A DNA stretch of 64,000 nucleotides from Gemmatimonadota bacterium. GTDB taxonomy: Bacteria; Gemmatimonadota; Gemmatimonadetes; Gemmatimonadales; GWC2-71-9. Below the pieces are notes generated by a model. It had not been told where the DNA came from and searched no databases. It saw nothing but the letters and a program-made list of their open reading frames with translations. This document shows, one piece after another, positions 52,469 through 59,407 of the stretch. Made by a program: the position numbers and the translations under genes. Each line of letters opens with the position of its first letter. The stretch's first letter is position 1. The stretch is taken from the NCBI GenBank assembly GCA_003222115.1, contig QHUL01000054.1, forward strand, positions 56,925 through 120,924. The letters run 5' to 3'.

Positions 52469-53014
52469 ATGCTGTACGACTTGCGGCACGCGGACGCCCG
52501 GATCAAGTGGCTCGTGACCTGCCTGCTCGCCACGCTCGGCCTCTCCTACGTGTTCGGCGCGCTCATGGTCTCCCTCTACGCGGGATTCACACCGCGGGGT
52601 GTGGCGGCAACCTACCGCGGTCGGGAAATGTCGATGCCGATGCCACCCGAGACGACCATGGTCCTGGAGCATCCGATGGCCATGGCCGAGTTTGCCAAGC
52701 CGGAGACTCACACCGTCGACACCAATCTGCTCATCCAGGACACCCACGTGCACGTCCCGATGTACGGCATGATCGCCGCTGCCTTGTCGCTCGTAGTCGT
52801 CGGCCTATCCCTGGAGCGACGCCGGGCGTTCGGCCTCATCACCGTGCTCTTCGCCGCGCCGTGGCTCGACTTCGCCGGCATGTGGCTCACCAAGTTCGCC
52901 TCCGCGCGCTTCGCGATCATGACGCTCGTCGGCGGGTGGGCGATGGGCTTGGGCTATGTCGTCGTGGCGGCGCTGGCAGTCCAACAGATGTGGTTTTCAC
53001 GCGAGAGGAGTTGA
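52469..53014 (+). CDS. Membrane protein (about 4 TM) with Met/His-rich loop and THVH motif
   Basis: GGAGG RBS; REMSMPMPPETTMVLEHPMAMAEF loop; QDTHVHVPMYG. Confidence 0.75.
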   Translation: MLYDLRHADARIKWLVTCLLATLGLSYVFGALMVSLYAGFTPRGVAATYRGREMSMPMPPETTMVLEHPMAMAEFAKPETHTVDTNLLIQDTHVHVPMYGMIAAALSLVVVGLSLERRRAFGLITVLFAAPWLDFAGMWLTKFASARFAIMTLVGGWAMGLGYVVVAALAVQQMWFSRERS

Positions 53015-53017
53015 CCG

Positions 53018-53569
53018 ATGAACGTGCCGATGCGCCTGGCGACGATCGCCGCGGTCCTCCACATCACTCCCGCCGTCGTGCTGGTGAAGCGCCCGGACGC
53101 GGTTCAGGCCCTGCTGCCGGGGGCGGACGCCTACTTCGCGCGCGAGGTGCACCTGAGCACGCCGGACGCCCACCGCCTGCACAAAGCGGTGGAGTGGAGC
53201 CCCGAGGACGGCGTGCTGACGTTCTACGTGGGGAGGACCGGGTCGGCGGCCGTCGGCGCGCTCGAGTTCGTGCGCGTGGACACGCCCCACGGACCGATCG
53301 AGGTGGCCGTCGGTTTCACCCCGCAAGGCACGGTGCGCGGCGTGCTCGTCACCAAGGCCACGGTCGAAATGAAGCCGTGGGTGCTCGAAGCGGTGGGCGC
53401 CGGTCTCACAAACCACTATCGACAGCTCAAGCCCGGCGATACCCCAAACGGGGCCGCCGCCATCGCCGGGCAGGCCGGTGATCTCGCCGTGTACATCGCC
53501 GGAGAGGTGGACAAGGGCGTGGCCCGGGCGCTGGCCGCCTACGGGGCGTTCTACACAGGGAGCGCCTAG
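53018..53569 (+). CDS. Exported FMN-bind/RnfG-like fold protein lacking the canonical flavinylation motif
   Basis: GAGGAG RBS; AVQALLPGAD, HGPIEVAVGFTPQGTVRGVLV pattern; no (S/T)GAT. Confidence 0.6.
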   Translation: MNVPMRLATIAAVLHITPAVVLVKRPDAVQALLPGADAYFAREVHLSTPDAHRLHKAVEWSPEDGVLTFYVGRTGSAAVGALEFVRVDTPHGPIEVAVGFTPQGTVRGVLVTKATVEMKPWVLEAVGAGLTNHYRQLKPGDTPNGAAAIAGQAGDLAVYIAGEVDKGVARALAAYGAFYTGSA

Positions 53570-53583
53570 GGCGCAGAAACACG

Positions 53584-53614
53584 AAACCGCCCGGCGCTCG
53601 GCCCGGGCGGTTTT
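53584..53614. terminator. Bidirectional intrinsic terminator
   Basis: AAACCGCCCGG-loop-CCGGGCGGTTTT between convergent genes. Confidence 0.8.
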
Positions 53615-53630
53615 GCGGAGAGGCTCTCAG

Positions 53631-54014
53631 CTACAGCGCCGGATCGTACAGCTCGTCCCAGGCGACCGCGAAGTCGCCGCGGCAGCGGGGGCAGACCATC
53701 CGCTCGGGATGTCCCCCTAGCTGAGCGCGCTCGCTGCAGCTCGGGCACACGGCGTAGCGCGGGCCCCAGCTGGCGGGATAACGGACGGCATCGTGGGGGC
53801 GCGGAACGATCGTCCAGCGGCGTGGGGGCACCTCGACCACCTTCAGGAAGGCGCAGGGCACAGGCAGGGCCTTCCCTTTCACTTCCACCACAGCCTCGAG
53901 CGGGCCCAACTCCCGCACCCGGTACCACGCGCCGCGCCGCAGCTTGCAGTTGAGATCGGCCTGCAGACGAGCCCAGTGCTTCCCATTCCCATTCCCATTC
54001 CCATTCCCAGGCAT
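53631..54014 (-). CDS. Unassigned small zinc-ribbon protein, paralog 1 (WAR/LRRGAWY family)
   Basis: GAGGT RBS; WARL..LRRGAWYRV..W..YAVCPSC..CPRC..AW. Confidence 0.8.
   Translation of the reverse strand: MPGNGNGNGNGKHWARLQADLNCKLRRGAWYRVRELGPLEAVVEVKGKALPVPCAFLKVVEVPPRRWTIVPRPHDAVRYPASWGPRYAVCPSCSERAQLGGHPERMVCPRCRGDFAVAWDELYDPAL
53980..54009. repeat. (TTCCCA)5 microsatellite encoding GNGNGNGNG in paralog 1
   Basis: Five exact copies read directly. Confidence 0.9.
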
Positions 54015-54124
54015 GCACACACCTCGGCCCTACGACTGTCGAAGGCTGAAAAGAGGAGGAGCTGAGATCGGCGGGCGCGGCGATCCTGGCCTGGGACAAT
54101 GATATGCCGTCCGGCCCAGGAGGC

Positions 54125-54140
54125 CGTGTCGCAGATCACA
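54125..54140 (-). promoter_or_regulatory. CRP/FNR-like box upstream of paralog 1
   Basis: TGTGA-TCTGCG-ACACG on the minus strand, 20 nt before TATCAT (54099-54104). Confidence 0.6.
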
Positions 54141-54217
54141 ACGCCGACGAACTTCCTCCGCCCTCACGGTTATGTTTACGCGGCGGCACGGAAACGTCGC
54201 TCGCGTGGGAGGGTCGC

Positions 54218-54646
54218 ATGCGACTCGCATGGCATGTCATGACGGTCGGGGCGCTGATCGGCGCAGCCTGCTTCGATCCCACGGCCAGCAGTCAACGCGG
54301 CACGTTGACGCTGGGCGGGACGTCCGCCGACCAGCTCGCCTTCTCAGTGCAGCCGCAGAACGCGGTCGCCCGCCAGATCATCACCCCGGCGGTGCAGGTG
54401 ACGGCCCTAGATCCCCTCGGTAACACCGACGTGAGCTTCACGGGAGACGTGACGGTGAGCCTGGGCACGAATCCCGGGGGTGGCTTTCTCGGAGGGACCC
54501 TCACTGTCGGCGCCGTGAACGGTGTCGCGAGCTTCGGGGACCTGACGGTGAGCTCGGCGGGAACGGGCTACACATTGGTCGCCTCTGCCCCGGTGTCCGG
54601 AGCCAAGAGCGCCACGAGCAACGCCTTCGACATCACGAGCCCCTGA
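54218..54646 (+). CDS. Lipoprotein with an Ig-like (invasin/Big-like) domain
   Basis: GGAGG RBS; GAAC lipobox; QLAFSVQP, TPAVQV, NGVASFGDL, GTGYTLVA, SNAFDI. Confidence 0.75.
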   Translation: MRLAWHVMTVGALIGAACFDPTASSQRGTLTLGGTSADQLAFSVQPQNAVARQIITPAVQVTALDPLGNTDVSFTGDVTVSLGTNPGGGFLGGTLTVGAVNGVASFGDLTVSSAGTGYTLVASAPVSGAKSATSNAFDITSP

Positions 54647-54667
54647 ACCTCGGCCCCCCGCAGGGCC

Positions 54668-55027
54668 TCAGGCCGACGCGGGAGTCGGCTCGTTCCAGGC
54701 TATTTCGAACAGCCCGTTGCAGCGATGGCAGCGCATGCTCGTCGGGTGACCCTGGAGCGCCGCGCGGTCGCGGCAATTGGGGCACACGGCGTACTGCTGG
54801 CCCCAACCCGAGGGGAACCGCGGCGCGTTTTGCGGCGCGGCCACGACGGCCCAGCGGAGGCCGGGCGTCGGTGAGAGCTGCAGATGCCCGCGGGGAACGG
54901 GTAGCGGCTTCCCCTTCACGTCTACGATCGCCTCGCTCGCCGTGAGCTTGAGGATCCGGTACCAGGCGCCGCGGCGCAGGGGGTGGTTCTCATTCGCTTT
55001 CAGGCGGGCCCACTGGAAGGCTGGCAT
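54668..55027 (-). CDS. Unassigned small zinc-ribbon protein, paralog 2 (WAR/LRRGAWY family)
   Basis: GAGGT RBS; WARL..LRRGAWYRI..W..YAVCPNC..CHRC..AW. Confidence 0.8.
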   Translation of the reverse strand: MPAFQWARLKANENHPLRRGAWYRILKLTASEAIVDVKGKPLPVPRGHLQLSPTPGLRWAVVAAPQNAPRFPSGWGQQYAVCPNCRDRAALQGHPTSMRCHRCNGLFEIAWNEPTPASA

Positions 55028-55099
55028 CGCGGTACCTCGGGCGCTGGGATGTAGGGATACGGTGGCCAGGGGATGATACCGCGTCAACCCTGCACGGGC

Positions 55100-55115
55100 G
55101 GTGCCCGTGGTCACA
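55100..55115 (-). promoter_or_regulatory. CRP/FNR-like box upstream of paralog 2
   Basis: TGTGA-CCACGG-GCACC on the minus strand, 21 nt before TATCAT (55073-55078). Confidence 0.6.
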
Positions 55116-55125
55116 CGGCGGCCGG

Positions 55126-56316
55126 TTAGCGCTCCCTACCCGATTGCAGGATCGTCGCTGCGACCTCGGGATAGATGCCGATGGCGTGGCTGCGAAAGCT
55201 CAAAGACGACTGTCTCGTCGGCGTAGTGATCTGGATCGCGTTGGATCGCTGGTTGGGCATGTGGCAGTCGATGCAGGAAGTGATCATGCGCGCACCGATC
55301 TTGGCCGCCATCGGATGCTGGCTGGTTTGATGACATGCGAGGCACTTGCTCGCGAACGGAGCCAGGTCTCGTTGCGGTCGATGGACGTCGTGGCACGTGG
55401 AGCAGGACATCGTTGCGCTGGAGCGAAAGCACTTGCTGCGCCGCAAGAGTCCGACCTGATCTCCGTGCACGTCGGGGATCGGGGCATCCGATGCGGGGGA
55501 CAGGTAGTCATCCAGCTTTTCACCCGGCCGGTACGTGAACGGGGCCCTGATCTGCTCCCGCAGGCCCGAATGACACAAGGCGCAGTTATCCAACTTTCTC
55601 TCTCTGGAGAAGTGCGCCGGATTGATAATGTATTTTCCACGGGGCTCCGCCGGATGGGACGACTGGTACTGCACATGCTGGTGCCCGTCGCCGTGGCACT
55701 TTTCGCACGAAATGCCCAGCTCATAATCGCGAGAGTACTGCAGCGCGCGACGCTCCTGTTTGAGCTTGAATGAGGTGCTGTGACACTCCAGGCATCTCGG
55801 GACGATGACTCGTGCAAAGTCTATCTCACCATCCGTGTAGCCGGGACTGTTTATCCACTGATCGATTCCGGCCAGGTAGGACACGGGCAATTCGAACAAC
55901 AGGCCGTTCTTCCAGTAGAGATACGATTGCCCTCTTCTGCCGGACCCGACCACCAGATCAATCCGCTCCGTCCTCGAGGTCGACCGTGCCGAGTCCGCGC
56001 CGGTCTGATAGAACGCACCCCTGCGCCGCTCCATCTTGAAGTAGATCCCGGCCACCCCGGTGCGCAGCACGTTGTGCCCATCGGCAAAGCTTCCCTTGAC
56101 GGACTGGGCGCTTGCCTCGGCGGATGTCTTGAAGTGAGCGGTTTGAGCGAAGGCATTGAATAGCGCCTCGTGGCAGGCTTTGCACGGCATGGCGTGCGCC
56201 GCGAGGACCCACTGTCCGAACGCTCGCGTGACGGCGGCGGCCAGGAGACAGACCGCAGCACCGGCGCGTGTGATGGCGTGCTTGGGGTGCACTCGTCGTC
56301 GTTGCGCAGTGTTCAT
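55126..56316 (-). CDS. Multiheme cytochrome c (7 CxxCH; c554-like family)
   Basis: CKACH, CLECH, CEKCH, CALCH, CSTCH, CLACH, CIDCH; GSGRRGQSYLY; signal-like N-terminus; start uncertain. Confidence 0.85.
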   Translation of the reverse strand: MNTAQRRRVHPKHAITRAGAAVCLLAAAVTRAFGQWVLAAHAMPCKACHEALFNAFAQTAHFKTSAEASAQSVKGSFADGHNVLRTGVAGIYFKMERRRGAFYQTGADSARSTSRTERIDLVVGSGRRGQSYLYWKNGLLFELPVSYLAGIDQWINSPGYTDGEIDFARVIVPRCLECHSTSFKLKQERRALQYSRDYELGISCEKCHGDGHQHVQYQSSHPAEPRGKYIINPAHFSRERKLDNCALCHSGLREQIRAPFTYRPGEKLDDYLSPASDAPIPDVHGDQVGLLRRSKCFRSSATMSCSTCHDVHRPQRDLAPFASKCLACHQTSQHPMAAKIGARMITSCIDCHMPNQRSNAIQITTPTRQSSLSFRSHAIGIYPEVAATILQSGRER

Positions 56317-56398
56317 GCCCGAGGTGAGAGTCGAACTCACACGGGGTTGCCCCCGGGGGATTTTGAGTCCCCTGCGTCTGCCATTCCGCCACTCGGGC
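56316..56398 (-). tRNA. tRNA-Leu(CAA)
   Basis: GCCCGAG/CTCGGGC acceptor stem, GGCGGAATGGCAGACGC D-arm, GGGGA-CTCAAAA-TCCCC anticodon arm, long variable arm, GTTCGACT T-loop; CCA not encoded. Confidence 0.95.
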
Positions 56399-56459
56399 GA
56401 GCGGTGCGGGAGACTAATCTTAGCCGCCGCGCCGATGCCCCGCACATGAGCACGGGCGG

Positions 56460-56475
56460 GGTGTCGCGCATCACA
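56460..56475 (+). promoter_or_regulatory. CRP/FNR-like box upstream of paralog 3
   Basis: GGTGT-CGCGCA-TCACA (reverse complement TGTGATGCGCGACACC, near-identical to the paralog 1 box); TATACT at 56503-56508. Confidence 0.55.
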
Positions 56476-56573
56476 GCCCTGGTGCGGAGCGGGCCGAGAT
56501 CATATACTGGTCGTGCTGCAACGCAGGGCCGCGCCCTTCACCGAAGCCACCTCGAGCACCGCGGAGGGCGCGC

Positions 56574-57035
56574 ATGCATCAGTTACAGCAGTGGGCCCGG
56601 GTCAGGGCCCGCACGACCTGCCCTCTGCGCCGCGGCGCCTGGTACCGCGTCGTCTCCCTCACAGCGGTCGAAGCCGTCCTCGAGGTCCATGGCCGGCCGC
56701 TCTCCGTCCCCCGTCCCCTGCTGCAAGTGCTCCCGATTCGGCCTCGCATGTGGTCCGTGGTGTCGCGCCTGCGCGGCGCGGTGACTCCCCCGGCGAGCTG
56801 GGGTGCGAGATACGGCGTATGCCCGCGGTGCGCCGCCCGGGCTCCCTTGCACGAGCGGCAGGCCACCCTGCGCTGCCCCAACTGCAGCTTCGCCTTCCTG
56901 ATTGCCTGGTCGGACTCGCATTGGCGCGTGTTCGAGCTGCTGTCCGGCAGCCCGGCCGCTCGCGCGGTGGTCAAGGCCCGCGACGCCGCCCGAAGACTGT
57001 GGCGTCGCTCTGCGCCGGAACGGTCTGAGGCTTGA
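56574..57035 (+). CDS. Unassigned small zinc-ribbon protein, paralog 3 (WAR/LRRGAWY family, C-terminal extension)
   Basis: GGAGG RBS; WARV..LRRGAWYRV..W..YGVCPRC..CPNC..AW. Confidence 0.8.
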   Translation: MHQLQQWARVRARTTCPLRRGAWYRVVSLTAVEAVLEVHGRPLSVPRPLLQVLPIRPRMWSVVSRLRGAVTPPASWGARYGVCPRCAARAPLHERQATLRCPNCSFAFLIAWSDSHWRVFELLSGSPAARAVVKARDAARRLWRRSAPERSEA

Positions 57036-57045
57036 CCTAGCGACG

Positions 57046-57078
57046 AAAACGGGCGGTCGGCGAGAGCCGACCGCCCGT
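57046..57078 (-). terminator. Intrinsic terminator for the ECF sigma operon
   Basis: 13-bp stem ACGGGCGGTCGGC-gaga-GCCGACCGCCCGT with an A-run on the left (U-tail on the minus strand). Confidence 0.75.
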
Positions 57079-57086
57079 CGTGCCTG

Positions 57087-57632
57087 CTACGGCCTACGCC
57101 GGGGGGGCTTGGCTTCGCGGGGGCGCCGCGGCGCGCGCCGTGGACCCATCATCTCGCTGCGGCGCCGCCGCTGCTCGCGAATCTCCTGAATGCGCCGTCG
57201 CAGCTGCTCTCGCATCATCTGGTAGCGCGCCTGCTGCACCGGCGTGAGGTAGCCCGAGACTTCGCGGTTCTCGTTGCGTTCGATCTCCGCCAGGGCGGTC
57301 CGGTTGCGGTCCCGCGCGTCCATGAGCCTCCGCACGCTGTCCGAGTTCGCGGCGACGCCGGGCTGGAGCTGTCCCCGCAGCGCCTCGTTGACGGTCCGCT
57401 GCCGCTGCGCGAGTTCCACGCGCTGCTGCGTGAACTTCTGCTCCGTCCCCTGCAGCTTCGCGGCCTGGTCGTCCGACAGGTTGAGATCCTGGCGCACGCG
57501 CGCGTTCCACCGCTCTCTGATCTGCTGCCGCAGCTGCTCTGCTTCAGCGTCGCCGCTCGTGTCGGCCGGGGTCTGCGCCGCGAGCGCGGGCGACACCAGC
57601 GCGAGCAGCATCACGAACAGAAATCGCTTCAT
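57087..57632 (-). CDS. Spy/CpxP-like periplasmic helical protein
   Basis: Signal peptide; LNLSDDQ and LTPVQQARY (LTxxQ-like motifs). Confidence 0.75.
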   Translation of the reverse strand: MKRFLFVMLLALVSPALAAQTPADTSGDAEAEQLRQQIRERWNARVRQDLNLSDDQAAKLQGTEQKFTQQRVELAQRQRTVNEALRGQLQPGVAANSDSVRRLMDARDRNRTALAEIERNENREVSGYLTPVQQARYQMMREQLRRRIQEIREQRRRRSEMMGPRRAPRRPREAKPPRRRP

Positions 57633-57636
57633 GGTA

Positions 57637-58071
57637 TCAGCTCTCCAGTGTGCGCAGCAGCGCGCGCAATTCGGCGGTGTTCAGGCTCTCGAGCCCCGGG
57701 TCGAGACCGCCGGGGCTCTCCTCGGCGAATGGCTGCTCGAGCGCGCCAACGGTCTCGCGCAGCTGATCGGCTGTGAGGTCGCTAAGGTCCTCCCCGAGCG
57801 GCGCGCCCACGGCCGCCGTGGGAACGCGTTCCCGCAGCAGACCCCGCGTCACGAGGCCCGCCCCCAGCACCAGCACGATCGCCGCCGCGATCTTGAGCCA
57901 TGCGGGCTGCATCCACACCCAGCCCCCCAGCATCACGCGTGGCTGCTGGCGCAGCCGCGTGACCACCGCCTGCGCCGTGCGCTCGACGTCCAGCCGCTCC
58001 GCCGCCCCGGCCCCAAGCAGTCGGGCGAGCTCGCGCAACCTGCCGTCTTGCAGCTCTTCGTCCATGTTCAC
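57637..58071 (-). CDS. Putative single-TM anti-sigma factor
   Basis: WLKIAAAIVLVLG TM segment; directly downstream of the ECF sigma. Confidence 0.65.
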   Translation of the reverse strand: MNMDEELQDGRLRELARLLGAGAAERLDVERTAQAVVTRLRQQPRVMLGGWVWMQPAWLKIAAAIVLVLGAGLVTRGLLRERVPTAAVGAPLGEDLSDLTADQLRETVGALEQPFAEESPGGLDPGLESLNTAELRALLRTLES

Positions 58072-58613
58072 TCTAGGGACTCCTTCAGGCGTCTGACGGC
58101 GTGGTGATAGTGCACACGGGCCGCGCCGGGCGACGTGCCCAGCGCGGCGGCGATCTCCTCGTACTCCAGGCCCTGCTGCGCGCGGAGCAGGAACACCTCC
58201 CGCTGCATGTGCGGCAGCCGCTCCAGCCCTTCCCGCAACCGCCCCTCCGTCTCACCGGCCACCGCCGTCTCGTGCGGGTCGCCGTCGCGTGAGCGTAGCT
58301 CGTCGTCGAGCGGCACGACCCGCACCTGTCCGAACCGCCGCGCCGCGTCCTTCAGCACGTTGCCCCCGATCGTCAGCAGCCAGGTGCGGAACTGGCACTG
58401 GCCGCGGAACCTCCCGACCGCACGGAACGCCCGAATGAACGTCTCCTGCACCAGGTCGTCGAGGTCCGCGTCGGGGGCACCCGCGGCCCCGAGGAAGCGG
58501 GCCAGCGCCCGCGCGTGCCGCCGCACCAGCTCGGCCGCCGCCTGCTCGTCCCCGCCCTGCCAGGCGGCGATCAGCGCCGCGTCGGCCGCGGCGAGGGACT
58601 GGGCGTGGGGCAT
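58068..58613 (-). CDS. ECF RNA polymerase sigma factor
   Basis: DDLVQETF, FRTWL, LPHMQREVFLL, YEEIAAALG. Confidence 0.92.
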   Translation of the reverse strand: MPHAQSLAAADAALIAAWQGGDEQAAAELVRRHARALARFLGAAGAPDADLDDLVQETFIRAFRAVGRFRGQCQFRTWLLTIGGNVLKDAARRFGQVRVVPLDDELRSRDGDPHETAVAGETEGRLREGLERLPHMQREVFLLRAQQGLEYEEIAAALGTSPGAARVHYHHAVRRLKESLE

Positions 58614-58652
58614 GCGTCGGTACGGTGGACGTTTGGGCGGCGTCAATATTAA

Positions 58653-58740
58653 GGCGGACGGCGTCGGACAGCGTCGGACCGAAGCCGGCGCGACTGGCGC
58701 ACGGTCCGTCCCTGCCCGTCCCGGTCCGCCTCCGTCCGCC
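58653..58740. repeat. Inverted 10-mer repeat hairpin in the divergent promoter region
   Basis: ggcggacggc gtcggacagc gtcggacc ... ggtccgtccc tgcccgtccc ggtccgcctc cgtccgcc. Confidence 0.7.
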
Positions 58741-58741
58741 C

Positions 58742-58770
58742 TTGTATTTCCTCGTGCCTGCCCCTAGCTT
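58742..58770 (+). promoter_or_regulatory. Sigma70-like promoter of the TetR/aryl-CoA operon
   Basis: TTGTAT-17 nt-TAGCTT. Confidence 0.65.
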
Positions 58771-58773
58771 CGA

Positions 58774-58795
58774 GATTCGAACGATCGTTCGAATC
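58774..58795. promoter_or_regulatory. TetR (PaaR-type) operator, perfect 22-bp palindrome
   Basis: GATTCGAACGATCGTTCGAATC lies just downstream of the -10 element; its core fits the CNAACGNNCGTTNG consensus reported for Thermus PaaR. Confidence 0.8.
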
Positions 58796-58798
58796 CAC

Positions 58799-59401
58799 AT
58801 GCGTCCCTACGACGAGCGGCTCGACCATCTCCTCGCCCGGGCGGCGAAGGTCTTCGCCGAGCGGGGCTATCACTCCACCACCATGCGGGACCTGGCGGCG
58901 GCGAGCGGCATGTCGCTCGCCGGGATGTACTACTACGTCAAGGGCAAAGAGGAGCTGCTCTCCCTCATCGAGGAGCGGTGCTTCACTCGCGTGCTGGACG
59001 GCGCCCGCCGGGCGATCGCCGCGGTGCCGGGCGGCGGCGACCCACTCGAGCGACTCCAGGCCTTCATCCGCCACCACGTCACCTTCTTCGCCGCCCACAT
59101 GCCCGAAATGAAGGTGTTGTCGCACGAGGCCAATTCCCTCACGGGCGAGCGGCTGCGCCGGGTCAACGCCATCAAGCGGCGCTACGTGGACCTGCTCGAG
59201 GGGCTGCTCAAGGACGCGGCGCCCGACGAGAGCGCGGTGGAGCGCAGCGCGGCCGCGTACGCGCTGTTCGGGATGATGAATTGGATCTACAACTGGTACG
59301 ACCCCGCGGGCGAGATCGACCCCGACCGGCTCGCGGCCCTCATCGCGCGCATCTTCCTCGGCGGCTTCGCCGAGGCGCGTACCACGGTACACGGAGGCTG
59401 A
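58799..59401 (+). CDS. TetR family regulator (PaaR/KstR2-like)
   Basis: AAKVFAERGYHSTTMRDLA HTH, YYYVKGKEEL, GMMNWIYNWYDPAG. Confidence 0.9.
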   Translation: MRPYDERLDHLLARAAKVFAERGYHSTTMRDLAAASGMSLAGMYYYVKGKEELLSLIEERCFTRVLDGARRAIAAVPGGGDPLERLQAFIRHHVTFFAAHMPEMKVLSHEANSLTGERLRRVNAIKRRYVDLLEGLLKDAAPDESAVERSAAAYALFGMMNWIYNWYDPAGEIDPDRLAALIARIFLGGFAEARTTVHGG

Positions 59402-59407
59402 CGGGAT

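Noticed and set aside
49360-52533. 1057-aa minus-strand ORF
   Set aside because: Antisense shadow of the S8, leader and porin genes; Arg/Gly-rich with no motifs, as expected at high GC.
53980-54009. (TTCCCA)5 as a phase-variation switch
   Set aside because: The unit is a multiple of 3, so slippage only changes the GN tract length and not the frame.
56317-56445. N-terminal extension of the cytochrome ORF to 56445
   Set aside because: It reads through the tRNA-Leu gene and is not credible protein sequence.
49400-57086. Intact integrative element or prophage at tRNA-Leu
   Set aside because: No integrase, transposase or phage gene, and I found no direct repeat of the tRNA 3' end by eye.
57087-58613. 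ECF sigma/anti-sigma/Spy-like triad as a novel system
   Set aside because: A common envelope-stress arrangement with nothing unusual seen.
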